From an uncultured Bacilli bacterium (lineage in GTDB: Bacteria > Bacillota_I > Bacilli_A > RF39 > UBA660), in the NCBI GenBank assembly GCA_947629445.1, contig CANRDU010000005.1:1257-65256 (forward strand): a stretch of 64,000 nucleotides of DNA. The letters are read 5' to 3'. Made by a program: the position numbers and the translations under genes. The notes below the pieces were generated by a model. It saw nothing but the letters and a program-made list of their open reading frames with translations, did not search any database and was not told the origin of the DNA. Below are positions 54,650 through 64,000 of this stretch, piece after piece; within the stretch, counting starts at the first letter, position 1, and the number at the start of each line of letters is the position of its first letter.

Positions 54650-55372
54650 ATGGAAAGATTACAGAAAGTAATTGCGCAATATGGTTATTGTTCAAGGAGA
54701 AAAGCAGAAGAATTTATTCAACAGGGAAAAGTAAAAGTAAATGGCAAAGTGATTAGCGAACTAGGTACGAAAGTCAATTATGAAGATACGATTATGGTAG
54801 AGGGAAATGTACTAGCAAAAAAGGAAGAAAAGGTATATTATCTTTTAAATAAACCAAGAAATGTAGTATCTACGGTATCTGATGAACATGGAAGAAAAAC
54901 GGTATTAGATCTATTAGACACGCCTATTCGTGTTTATCCTGTTGGTAGACTTGACTATGATACAACAGGAGTACTCTTGCTTACAAATGATGGAGAACTC
55001 ACGAATTTACTCACTCATCCTAAAAATCATGTAGAAAAGACATACATTGCCAAAATAGAGGGAATTATGCAAAAGAGGGATTTAGAGAAATTGTGTGCTG
55101 GTGTTATCATAGATGGCAAGAAAACAAGTAAAGCACAGGCTAGAATTAAAAAAATTGATAAGAAAAAAAATACTTCTTTGGTTGAAGTATGTATCCACGA
55201 AGGAAGAAATCATCAAGTCAAGAAAATGTTTGAAGCCATTGGATATAGTGTATCAAAACTCAAAAGAGAAAAATTTAGTTTTCTAACTACAGTAGGATTA
55301 AAATCCGGTGAATATAGAATGCTTAATACCAAAGAAGTAAAAAAATTATATAACGAAGTGAAGGGTAATTAA
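54650..55372 (+). CDS. rluB: 23S rRNA pseudouridine synthase, RsuA/RluB family
   Basis: S4 domain (MERLQKVIAQYGYCSRRKAEEFI), catalytic GRLDYDTTGVLLLTNDG, and REGRNHQVKKMF. Confidence 0.9.
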   Translation: MERLQKVIAQYGYCSRRKAEEFIQQGKVKVNGKVISELGTKVNYEDTIMVEGNVLAKKEEKVYYLLNKPRNVVSTVSDEHGRKTVLDLLDTPIRVYPVGRLDYDTTGVLLLTNDGELTNLLTHPKNHVEKTYIAKIEGIMQKRDLEKLCAGVIIDGKKTSKAQARIKKIDKKKNTSLVEVCIHEGRNHQVKKMFEAIGYSVSKLKREKFSFLTTVGLKSGEYRMLNTKEVKKLYNEVKGN

Positions 55373-55375
55373 AAA

Positions 55376-55948
55376 ATGAAAAAGAATATTGTAATTTTAG
55401 AGATTTTTCTATGGTTATTTTTATTAACGGGATGTGGCGATAAGAAGGAAACTACAAAGGAATCTAATACTAATGCTAATTCTCACTCTGATAAATCTAT
55501 TATTTGTGAATATAGTAGGGAAGATTCTAATCTTGAAGGGGGTATTTCCCTTTATGAAGCTTATGCATTACGTTATGAGGGGGATACCCTATTATCTTCT
55601 CATTATCTTCAAAAATACATTTATGATGTAGATAGTTGGGATGAGAAAAAAGAGGGGAATATCGATGATAATTTCAATGAATTGGTAAGTGAGTTAGAAG
55701 CTTCAGCACCTGATCAAACTTCTTCTCAAACCTTTGCAACTGCAACAGTTGTGCCTGATTCAGAAAATTATATCTGTACTACTAATTTGACTTATGATGC
55801 TACCAAAATGACCGCAGAGGATGCTAGTTATTTAGAACGCTTTGGAGAGGATAATTTCCAATTTAAAGATGGAAAATATATCGTAGATATTGAGAAATTT
55901 CAACAGATGATGGAAACAGAATATCAAGCTACTTGTACAATAGAATAA
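55376..55948 (+). CDS. lipoprotein, unknown function
   Basis: Lipobox LFLLTGCG. It starts 3 nt after the rluB stop. Confidence 0.65.
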   Translation: MKKNIVILEIFLWLFLLTGCGDKKETTKESNTNANSHSDKSIICEYSREDSNLEGGISLYEAYALRYEGDTLLSSHYLQKYIYDVDSWDEKKEGNIDDNFNELVSELEASAPDQTSSQTFATATVVPDSENYICTTNLTYDATKMTAEDASYLERFGEDNFQFKDGKYIVDIEKFQQMMETEYQATCTIE

Positions 55949-55959
55949 TGATTTTAAAG

Positions 55960-55989
55960 ACTTAGATGCTATTTCATCTAAGTTTTTTT
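55960..55989. terminator. bidirectional terminator
   Basis: ACTTAGATG / CATCTAAGT stem followed by T7, then an A-run facing the other way. Confidence 0.7.
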
Positions 55990-56003
55990 ATAAAAAAAAC
56001 AGC

Positions 56004-56216
56004 TTATGCTGCTTCTTCTAATTCCTCTTGTGGATCATAAATAGCACTTACAGGACATCCCTCTAAGGCGTCTTTAGCGTCCTCTTCAAATTGCTCGTTT
56101 ACTTGTTCTTCAATTTCTTGAGCAACCCCATCATCTGTCATTTTAAAAACATCAGGTGCAACAGCTTGGCAAGCTCCGCAACCGATACAAACATCTTGGT
56201 TAACTTTAACTTTCAT
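56004..56216 (-). CDS. 4Fe-4S ferredoxin (single-cluster type)
   Basis: MKVKVNQDVCIGCGACQAVAPDVF ... GCPVSAI. AGGAGG lies 6 nt before ATG 56216. Confidence 0.85.
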   Translation of the reverse strand: MKVKVNQDVCIGCGACQAVAPDVFKMTDDGVAQEIEEQVNEQFEEDAKDALEGCPVSAIYDPQEELEEAA

Positions 56217-56317
56217 AACAATCCTCCTATAAGAATTATAAAGAAATAATAGAAAAAATGCAACCAAAATCTTCAAAAAAAAACGATTTTATGATATAGT
56301 TAATACTAGGTGATACT

Positions 56318-57112
56318 ATGGCAAGTAGAATGGATAGATACCACGATCGGGAAGAGAGAAGTTCTCGTAACGAATCTCTTTATCGCAGTATTGAAAATTT
56401 AGATAATTATTCCAATATTGAAGGTGTAGTTGAAATTGATAAAACGAATGAAATTGATTTATCGAGAGTAAAAGCTTTAATCCAAAGTAGAGAAGGGTAT
56501 CAACAAGAAAAGAAATATCGCCAATTAGTATCTGAAGAAAAGGAAACAGAAGAACCTACCGCTATCGAAGAGGAAGAAGAGAGAACTTATGATATTAGGG
56601 ATGTACTTACGAAAGCGAAAGAAACAAGACCAGAGCAAGAAGAAGATTATAGAAGCTTAAAAAATACAAGTTATGATATTGTCGAAAGATTAAATCTAAA
56701 ACGACCAACAGTAGAAGAGGCAGAAGCACTAAAAGAGTTAATTGATACCATTACTATTCATGAATCCAAGGAATTAGTTACTCCTCCTACGGAAGATGGG
56801 GGACTCTTGGATGAATTAAAATCTGATACTATGGTTGGAGATGCTGGTTCTATTAAGAAGATTATTGATGAGGCTAAACAAGAGGAGGAAAAACAAGAAG
56901 AAGAAAAAAGATTGGATAATACCAATCTTGAAAACATAGATACTACTTTCTATACTTCTAGTATGGGATTTACGGATAGTGATTTTGAAGATTTAAAAAA
57001 TTTAGAAGCTAATATCAAAAAACATAATATTTTACTTAGAATCGTTTTGGTTGGAATAGTTCTAATTGGAATCGGTCTTATCATCACTTTAATTGTTCAT
57101 TTTATGAATTAA
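56318..57112 (+). CDS. acidic protein with C-terminal TM anchor, unknown function
   Basis: E/K-rich sequence. C-terminal TM LLRIVLVGIVLIGIGLIITLIV. TAGGTGAT RBS. Confidence 0.5.
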   Translation: MASRMDRYHDREERSSRNESLYRSIENLDNYSNIEGVVEIDKTNEIDLSRVKALIQSREGYQQEKKYRQLVSEEKETEEPTAIEEEEERTYDIRDVLTKAKETRPEQEEDYRSLKNTSYDIVERLNLKRPTVEEAEALKELIDTITIHESKELVTPPTEDGGLLDELKSDTMVGDAGSIKKIIDEAKQEEEKQEEEKRLDNTNLENIDTTFYTSSMGFTDSDFEDLKNLEANIKKHNILLRIVLVGIVLIGIGLIITLIVHFMN

Positions 57113-58152
57113 GAGGAGAGTTTTCTCCTTTTTTTATAGAAAGTTTTTACCCATAATAACAGTAATATCATCGTTAAAATAAGTGGTATTATCCAACTGA
57201 TATAGTGTTCTAGGATAGAATTTGCAATTGTATTATCTTTAAAGATATAAATAGAAGAAATGAGCATGATAGCAGGAAGAATATAGGATACAATTCCTTT
57301 ATTCCATCCTACTAGTTCATTACACCCTTTTAAACTCACGGTAGCAAAAACAAAGATATCAAAAAGAAATTGAATAGAAAGCATATTTTCCATCCGGTAA
57401 GTTAAAACCCCTTGATAAGCCCTTTTTAAAATATGAAATTCGGGATATTGATAGATTAAAGAAAGTTCCACTCCTAAAACGCCAATGATGGTAACAATCA
57501 TAATCCATGAAGTAATTGAGGATAGAATATATCCTTTTTTTAAACTGGGAATCATTTCTGGTTGTGGAAATAAGAGTAAGAGAAAAAGGGGAAATACTTG
57601 AAAACCCAAAAAAGGAATAATGGGTTTCTCTAAAGAATTTTGCATCATAGGGGTAAAATTATCAAAACGGAATTGAAAAATTAAGCCGATAAAACTGATG
57701 ATAAATAAAATAATACTGATATAGAATAAAATAAGAGATACTCGTGCGATGATTTTAGGTTCCTTGTTTAAAAGTAATAAGAGAGGAATGAAAAAAGAAA
57801 TAGCAATTACAAATTTAGGAGTTTTATTTAAAAACTGGCTAGTAATTAAATTGGATAGATTCCAAAAACTAATGGTTGCTAAAAAAAGAAAGACAAGAGC
57901 GGTAATTATCCTTAATAAGAGATTGATTTTCGGAAATAAAAGTACATATTTCTCTTTTAAACTTGCTTCTGGATGATAAGAGGCAATATATTCAATCAAA
58001 AGAACAATTGTAAATCCAATAAAGAAAGCAATAAGAAACGATAACCATGCATCTTGTTTGGAATGTTTTACAAATAGAGAAAACATAGCACCTATAAAGA
58101 AAGCTCTACATAAAAAATATGCTATGGATATAAAAGATAATTGTTGTCTCAT
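57109..58152 (-). CDS. spore germination protein, GerAB/permease-type subunit
   Basis: Polytopic membrane protein of about 10 TM helices, in an operon with GerAA- and GerAC-type genes. 4-nt overlap with the upstream gene. Confidence 0.8.
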   Translation of the reverse strand: MRQQLSFISIAYFLCRAFFIGAMFSLFVKHSKQDAWLSFLIAFFIGFTIVLLIEYIASYHPEASLKEKYVLLFPKINLLLRIITALVFLFLATISFWNLSNLITSQFLNKTPKFVIAISFFIPLLLLLNKEPKIIARVSLILFYISIILFIISFIGLIFQFRFDNFTPMMQNSLEKPIIPFLGFQVFPLFLLLLFPQPEMIPSLKKGYILSSITSWIMIVTIIGVLGVELSLIYQYPEFHILKRAYQGVLTYRMENMLSIQFLFDIFVFATVSLKGCNELVGWNKGIVSYILPAIMLISSIYIFKDNTIANSILEHYISWIIPLILTMILLLLWVKTFYKKRRKLSS

Positions 58153-59294
58153 TTTTTGTCCCTTTCTAAACTTTGTTCTAAAGCCCCTTTACGGGTATAT
58201 TGAAATGATACTTCTATTTCTACTGGATAAGTTGTAAAAAAGTGATTCCAGTCTTTTATTTTTTGAAAATCCTTGGGATATTTTTTATAGTATTTTGATC
58301 CAAATCCAAAAATATCGGTTTCATATTGTTTAGCCTTTTGAATTCCATTTACCATATACTTTCGCATTTCTTTTTCAGCGGCTTGCTCTAATTTGACAAT
58401 TTCTCTTTCCTCTTCTAAATTGATGTTACATCCCATTTCGCGAAGGGTTCCTGTTGCTTCTGCTTTAATTTTTACTTTGTCTTTTTGAATATCATACGAT
58501 ACTTTATAGTCATTGGAAAGTGTTACGGCATAACCATTATCACATGGAACATTAAAGTAGAATGTGCCAATTTCTCCCAGTATTAAATCAATGCCGGTAC
58601 TTTCTTCTTGCGTAGTCCAGCCTACTAGTTTATCCCCTTGGAATAGCGCTAAACTATCTAGTTTGGTATAGGCATCTTGCTTAATTTTCTCTTGATTATC
58701 GGCCATTTGCCCTTGCTTGGTATCGCCAACAATGATGATGCTATTCATGATAGGTTCAAACCCTTCTTCTAGATATTTTTCCATAAATAGGTTGAAACTA
58801 GCATCACTAATTTTTCCTTGTAGTTTAGAGGAATTGGTAATATTAGAAGTAATATTTTGGGAAGGGTAATCCGCTAGGGGAGAGAGAATCGATAACGTAT
58901 CGGAAGCCTTGGTATCTTTTGCCATTAAAAGATAAAAATTTTGATGTGCTTGTGGTTCTCTAAGGAGAAAATCTAAGATATGAGAAATTCCTATTTTAGC
59001 AGTATCTTCCGATAAAATAATAACGGATAGATGACTCAAATAAATTTCTTTGGGGCTAGTTAAACTGATATCTTTAATCGCACTATAGATAGTATCTCCT
59101 TCGCCTGATAATAAACTAGTTTTTGTCCCTTCTGCTTCTGTTTTATTCCCATTGGCAACGAGTACGGATACTTGATATTTATTATCCTTATAATCGATAG
59201 CCATCCCTGTTACAATGGCATACTCGTTTAACTCTTGATAATTCCAACAACCGCTTAGTACCAAAACAAGTAAGAGTAAAAAAATTTTTTTCAT
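58149..59294 (-). CDS. Ger(x)C-family germination lipoprotein
   Basis: Lipobox LVLSGCW and the typical N-terminal GerAC block NYQELNEYAIVTGMAIDY. Confidence 0.85.
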   Translation of the reverse strand: MKKIFLLLLVLVLSGCWNYQELNEYAIVTGMAIDYKDNKYQVSVLVANGNKTEAEGTKTSLLSGEGDTIYSAIKDISLTSPKEIYLSHLSVIILSEDTAKIGISHILDFLLREPQAHQNFYLLMAKDTKASDTLSILSPLADYPSQNITSNITNSSKLQGKISDASFNLFMEKYLEEGFEPIMNSIIIVGDTKQGQMADNQEKIKQDAYTKLDSLALFQGDKLVGWTTQEESTGIDLILGEIGTFYFNVPCDNGYAVTLSNDYKVSYDIQKDKVKIKAEATGTLREMGCNINLEEEREIVKLEQAAEKEMRKYMVNGIQKAKQYETDIFGFGSKYYKKYPKDFQKIKDWNHFFTTYPVEIEVSFQYTRKGALEQSLERDKK

Positions 59295-60712
59295 GACTTT
59301 TTCACCCTCCTTTTATTATTGGTAAGATAGTCTGGTCTTTTTACTCGTTTATTGGATGGTTTTAAGAAAATGCTATCTTCCATACCAGAAGAATTAAAAG
59401 GACTGTAAGGAATAAGATAAGGAACGTTTAATGGTTCTAGTGCCGATAACTTAATAATTAAAACGAGCCCAGCGACAACAATCCCAATAATACCAGTAAA
59501 AATAGTAGATAGAATAAATAAAAGTCGCCACTGTCTAATCGCATTAATAAAATCCATATCCGTAAATACTAGTTCACAAATAGAAGTAATCGCTACAACA
59601 ATGACAACAAAAGGAGAGACAATTCCCGCCGTAACAGCAGCATCTCCTAATATCAAAGCTCCGACAATACTCATACTTGCGCCACTGGCACTAGGCGATT
59701 TAATATCGGCTTCTCTTAAAATTTCAAAGAGAATGACAAAGATAATGACTTCCATAAAAGTGGGAAAGGGAACTTGACTTCGCTGTGTTGCTAGAGAAAT
59801 TAAAAGTTGGTCAGGAATCATTTCTTGATTAAATGTCATGAGAGCAATATAAAGAGCAGGAGTAATGATGGTAACAAAAAAAGCGATGACTTTTAATACT
59901 CGGCTGAAGGAACTACTGACATGTGTTTGATAGTAATCTTCAGAAGATTTAAAAAAATCTACTAAAATAGCGGGAGTAATTAAAACAAAAGGACTATTTT
60001 CTACCATAATGACAATTTTACCATTTAAAATACTTTGACAGGCATAATCAGGACGTTCGGTACTAATCATTTTAGGAAAGAAAGAGTGCTCATTGGTTTC
60101 TAAGAAATCTCTTAAATACCCTGTATCTAAAATGGCATCAATATCAATTTCTGCAATAGCGCTTTCTAGTGTTTTAACATTTTTTTCTTTGGCGATTCCT
60201 TCAATATAGATAAGAGATACTTTACTGTTTGTGCGTCTTCCAACTTTTTGTTCTTTAATGCGAAGTTTAGGATCTTTAATTCTTTTTCGAATAAGTCCTA
60301 AATTGATAGCGTTATTTTCTGTAAAACTATCTTTTGGACCCCTAATTAGTGGTTCAGAAGTAGATTCCGATATTCCTCTATCTAACTTTGCTTTAGTTTC
60401 GATAGCAAGATATTTTTTGTCACGATTAATGAATAGACAAGTATAACCAGAAGCAAGATAGTAGTAACAGTCATTTAATTCTTCTAGAATCTCAATATGA
60501 CTGTTATCAAGTGTTTTTTTTAATACCTCCATTGTACTTGGAATATCTTTTAAATTTGTAATACTTTTTAAAAGAAAGTCACTAATTTTATCGTCACTAC
60601 TAACACTTTCTAGAAAGATATAGGATAAATCTTCTGTTAAATTTCTAACGATAATATCAGAACTATTCCCCATTTCTTTTTGGATGGTATTTATTCTATC
60701 TTGATTTGTCAT
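59291..60712 (-). CDS. spore germination protein, GerAA-type subunit
   Basis: GerA family blocks (SDIIVRNL, ESTSEPLIRGPKDSFTEN, ISTERPD, C-terminal TM cluster). Confidence 0.9.
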   Translation of the reverse strand: MTNQDRINTIQKEMGNSSDIIVRNLTEDLSYIFLESVSSDDKISDFLLKSITNLKDIPSTMEVLKKTLDNSHIEILEELNDCYYYLASGYTCLFINRDKKYLAIETKAKLDRGISESTSEPLIRGPKDSFTENNAINLGLIRKRIKDPKLRIKEQKVGRRTNSKVSLIYIEGIAKEKNVKTLESAIAEIDIDAILDTGYLRDFLETNEHSFFPKMISTERPDYACQSILNGKIVIMVENSPFVLITPAILVDFFKSSEDYYQTHVSSSFSRVLKVIAFFVTIITPALYIALMTFNQEMIPDQLLISLATQRSQVPFPTFMEVIIFVILFEILREADIKSPSASGASMSIVGALILGDAAVTAGIVSPFVVIVVAITSICELVFTDMDFINAIRQWRLLFILSTIFTGIIGIVVAGLVLIIKLSALEPLNVPYLIPYSPFNSSGMEDSIFLKPSNKRVKRPDYLTNNKRRVKKS

Positions 60713-60823
60713 ACAATCACCATTTTTAGTATGTAAAAAAAGTTATTTTTTATGCGATAAATTCTTATCGTTATTTTGTGATTTTTTTCAAAAAAGATGA
60801 TATGATAATAGATAGGTGATAGA

Positions 60824-62206
60824 ATGAGAAATTTAAGCGCTAGTGCTTACTTTGAAGAAATTTTAAATATTCCAAGACCATCTGGACATGAAGATCAAAT
60901 TGCTGGCTATTTGGTTCATTTTGCCCAAATGCATCATTTAGAATATGAGGTAGATGAATATTCTAATGTAATTATCAAAAAAGAAGGAACACATCCTTAC
61001 AAATCAGACCCTATTATTTTACAAGCACATACCGATATGGTATGTACGAGTATTATTGCTTCTTATGATTTTTTAAAAAAGGGAATTCCTTGGACGATAA
61101 AAGATGGGTATTATGAAACGAAGGGAACTAGTCTTGGCGGGGATAACGGTGCGGGAATGGCGGTTATCTTAGCAATATTAGCAGATACCTCCCTAGAGCA
61201 TCCTCCTATTGAAGCAGTATTTACAACCCAAGAAGAAACAACGATGAATGGTGCGAAAAATTTAAATTATAAACATATTAAAGGTAAGAGATTAATTAGT
61301 TTAGATGGTACAGAAGAGAATAAAATAGAGGTATCTTGTGCAGGAATGGCAAGTATGCATATCACCCTTCCTTACCAAACGGTAACGAGTACCAAAAATT
61401 CTTATCAGTTATCCATTTCTGGATTATTAGGTGGACATTCTGGAGTAGATATTAATAAAAATAGAGGGAATGCTATTAAAATGCTAGCGAATATGCTAAA
61501 GGATATAGAAGATATTGAAATTGTATCTATAGATGGTGGTTCTAAAGAAAATGTCATTCCTAGTGATATCAAATGTATTTTTAATACGAACTATGATTTG
61601 AGTGGAGAATATCAATTTTTTAAAAATTTCTATCAAACAGAATATGAGAATATGAAGATGGATTTTAGAAGAATAAAACAGAGAGAAATTGCTATTCGCA
61701 ATGTAGATAGTAGACATTTAATGCAATTTTTATATGAGATAGAAGATGGCGTTCTTATTACGAATGATGTAAATTTTCCTCTTACTTCTAGTAATTTAGG
61801 AGTTGTTCGTACTTTGGAAAAAGAAATAGAGATTGCTCTTAGCATTCGAAGTTCGATAGTAGGCTATGAAGATTTCTATGTTAGTAGGGCAGAGAGAGTC
61901 GCTAGAAAATATCGTTTAAAATTTGTTTTGGAAGATAAAAAACCGTTTTTTACGTTTCGTGAAGAATCCCCTTTACGTCAATTATTAGTTGACACCTATG
62001 AGAAGTTATTTAATAAAAATATTACTTTAGAAGACGTACATGCAGGACTTGAGGGAGGAATCTTTGCTGGCAATATCAAGAATTTAGATATCTGTGTGAT
62101 TGGCGTTAATCTTTTCGATATTCATTCTATTCATGAAAAAGCCGAAAAAGAATCCTTAGAGAGAGTATTTACTTGGTTAAAGGAAACTTTGAAAAATATG
62201 CCATAA
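60824..62206 (+). CDS. pepD: aminoacyl-histidine dipeptidase (M20C, PepD-like)
   Basis: FEEILNIPRPSGHE, LQAHTDMV, LGGDNGAGMA, TTQEETTMNGA, GGHSG. Confidence 0.85.
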   Translation: MRNLSASAYFEEILNIPRPSGHEDQIAGYLVHFAQMHHLEYEVDEYSNVIIKKEGTHPYKSDPIILQAHTDMVCTSIIASYDFLKKGIPWTIKDGYYETKGTSLGGDNGAGMAVILAILADTSLEHPPIEAVFTTQEETTMNGAKNLNYKHIKGKRLISLDGTEENKIEVSCAGMASMHITLPYQTVTSTKNSYQLSISGLLGGHSGVDINKNRGNAIKMLANMLKDIEDIEIVSIDGGSKENVIPSDIKCIFNTNYDLSGEYQFFKNFYQTEYENMKMDFRRIKQREIAIRNVDSRHLMQFLYEIEDGVLITNDVNFPLTSSNLGVVRTLEKEIEIALSIRSSIVGYEDFYVSRAERVARKYRLKFVLEDKKPFFTFREESPLRQLLVDTYEKLFNKNITLEDVHAGLEGGIFAGNIKNLDICVIGVNLFDIHSIHEKAEKESLERVFTWLKETLKNMP

Positions 62207-62232
62207 AAAAAGCCTTATTTTAAGGCTTTTTT
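62204..62232. terminator. bidirectional terminator
   Basis: A7-GCCTTA / TAAGGC-T7. Confidence 0.75.
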
Positions 62233-62234
62233 TG

Positions 62235-63884
62235 TTAGAATAAACCAGTAATAATACCGGATTCATCAATATCCATTTTCTCATAAGCAGGCGTTTTGGA
62301 TAATCCTGGCATTGTCATAATACTTCCCATATAAGCAACCACAAAACCTGCTCCAGCACAATATTTGATATCTCTTACGGTTACTTGGAAGCCCTTTGGG
62401 TGTCCTAATTTTTGGGGATCATCCGATAGAGAATATTGTGTTTTCGCAATGCATACTGGCACATTTTTAACCCCTAGTTTTTCTATTTTCTTTAAATTTT
62501 CCTTGGCTTCTTCTAAGTAGATGACGTCATCTGCTCGGTAAATTTCTTTGGCTACTTTTTCTATTTTTGTTTGAATATCTTCTTTTAGAGAATAGATAGG
62601 CTTAAATGTACTTTCTTCTTCACATAGTTTAATGATTTCTTTTGCTAGGGAGATGGACCCTTTACCTCCTTCCGCAAAAGCTTTTGATACGTGGAAAGGA
62701 ACACCCATTTCCATGACGTGATTTCTTACAAATTCTACCTCTTTATCGGTATCTTTGTAGAAGTGGTTCAAGCAGACAATAACATGATTACAAATTTTTT
62801 TCATGTTTTCAATATGTACATCTAAGTTGACAATTCCTTTTTCTAAATATTTTAAATTTTCTTTAGTGAGTTCCTCTTTTGGACATAAACCGTTGTGTTT
62901 CATACTACGAATGGTAACATTGACAACGATAACATCTGGTTTTAGATGTCCTAATTGACATTTTAAATCCAAAAATTTTTCTGCTCCTAAGTCACTTCCA
63001 AAACCTGCTTCTGTGACAACATAATCAGCAAGACCTAAAGAAAGTTTGGTGGCTATTAAAGAATTACATCCGTGAGCGATATTCGCAAATGGACCACCAT
63101 GAATAATCGCTGGATTGCCTTCTAATGTCTGTACTAAATTGGGTTTGATAGCATCTTTTAGAAGGAGGGTAAGAGCACCTGCTATTTTTAAATCTTTCGC
63201 ATATACTGGTTCTCCTTTTTTGCTATAGGCAATAAGAATATTTCCTAGTCTTTTCTTTAAATCTTTTAAATCTTTCGCAAGACAAAAAATGGCCATAATT
63301 TCTGATGCTACGGTGATGACAAAAGAATCTTTTCTTTCAAAATTATTTTTGCCTTGTCCAACTGTAATTTTTCTTAGGGCTCGATCATTCATATCCATGG
63401 CTCTTGGAAAACGAATAGAATTCTCATCAATTTCTAAAGCATTTCCTTGGAAGAGATGATTATCAATCGCTGCGCATAATAGATTGTTACAAGCTGTGAT
63501 AGCATGAATATCTCCGGTAAAATGAAGATTAATATCTTCCATAGGAACGACTTGGGCATATCCGCCCCCAGTAGCGCCTCCCTTCATACCAAATACAGGA
63601 CCTAAAGAGGGTTCTCTTAACGTAACAACGGTTTTCTTTTTTAATTTCCAAAGAGCATCTGCAATACCGATACTCATGGTCGTTTTTCCTTCTCCATAAG
63701 GGGTAGGATTTGTTGACGTTACTAGAATTAATTTGCCATTTTCCTCTAAATTTCGTTGAATATTCAATTTTGCTTTGGCATCTCCAAAATATTCTAATTC
63801 TTCTTTTTCAATTCCTAACTTTTTAGCGACTTTTACAATAGGTAGTCGTTTTGTTTCTTGAGCAATTTCAATATCTGTCTTCAT
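62235..63884 (-). CDS. fhs: formate--tetrahydrofolate ligase
   Basis: MKTDIEIAQE..., PTPYGEGKTT P-loop, EPSLGPVFGMKGGATGGGYAQV. About 549 aa. Confidence 0.95.
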   Translation of the reverse strand: MKTDIEIAQETKRLPIVKVAKKLGIEKEELEYFGDAKAKLNIQRNLEENGKLILVTSTNPTPYGEGKTTMSIGIADALWKLKKKTVVTLREPSLGPVFGMKGGATGGGYAQVVPMEDINLHFTGDIHAITACNNLLCAAIDNHLFQGNALEIDENSIRFPRAMDMNDRALRKITVGQGKNNFERKDSFVITVASEIMAIFCLAKDLKDLKKRLGNILIAYSKKGEPVYAKDLKIAGALTLLLKDAIKPNLVQTLEGNPAIIHGGPFANIAHGCNSLIATKLSLGLADYVVTEAGFGSDLGAEKFLDLKCQLGHLKPDVIVVNVTIRSMKHNGLCPKEELTKENLKYLEKGIVNLDVHIENMKKICNHVIVCLNHFYKDTDKEVEFVRNHVMEMGVPFHVSKAFAEGGKGSISLAKEIIKLCEEESTFKPIYSLKEDIQTKIEKVAKEIYRADDVIYLEEAKENLKKIEKLGVKNVPVCIAKTQYSLSDDPQKLGHPKGFQVTVRDIKYCAGAGFVVAYMGSIMTMPGLSKTPAYEKMDIDESGIITGLF

Positions 63885-64000
63885 ATTTTCACCTCTAGTT
63901 AAATTATAACATATAAACTGTAATTTTTACACATCAATATTTTTTTGCCCTCGTCATGACAAGTTTTTTCTTTACTTTTATCATTACAATTATTATAATA

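Noticed and set aside
1-64000. Search for tRNA, rRNA, tmRNA, CRISPR, IS elements, integrases and prophage modules
   Set aside because: I recognised none on either strand. Intergenic regions are short (mostly under 200 bp) and are explained by promoters and terminators. This is a visual scan, not a covariance-model search, so small ncRNAs could have been missed.

Overview
AT-rich (about 30% GC by eye, not computed) chromosomal segment from a low-GC, endospore-forming Firmicute. Sporulation markers are a gerA-type germinant receptor operon, dacB-spmA-spmB, and CotF/CotJC-like coat genes. I call 54 protein genes at high coding density, most with AGGAGG/GGTGAT-type ribosome-binding sites and hairpin plus T-tract terminators. 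I saw no rRNA, tRNA, CRISPR array, transposase, integrase or prophage structural genes. Recognisable housekeeping genes: ABC exporter 3' end, LMW-PTP, PP2C phosphatase, RNase R, phosphoketolase, SDR, YnbB-like PLP enzyme, pgi, nitroreductase, Ca-ATPase, DacB/SpmAB, RluB, ferredoxin, GerA-C-B, PepD, Fhs. Four regions look accessory. (1) 14.3-18.5 kb holds an HTH gene, a cytoplasmic vWA gene, a free-standing reverse transcriptase behind a roughly 140-nt structured leader, and a two-gene module of unknown function. (2) 20.8-28.7 kb holds a 2508-aa vWA plus 10x pilin-type repeat surface protein, with a T18 tract upstream, a non-LPXTG sorting signal and flanking direct repeats. (3) 30.2-39.1 kb holds a 2555-aa cyclic beta-1,2-glucan synthase-like multidomain enzyme overlapping pgi by 4 nt. 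(4) 47.9-51.9 kb holds a small cold-shock-like protein coupled to a 1270-aa ORFan. My best candidate for an undescribed system is the RT locus, an orphan RT with a candidate ncRNA and possibly neighbouring genes. Every functional call comes from motif recognition by eye and none from a database search.
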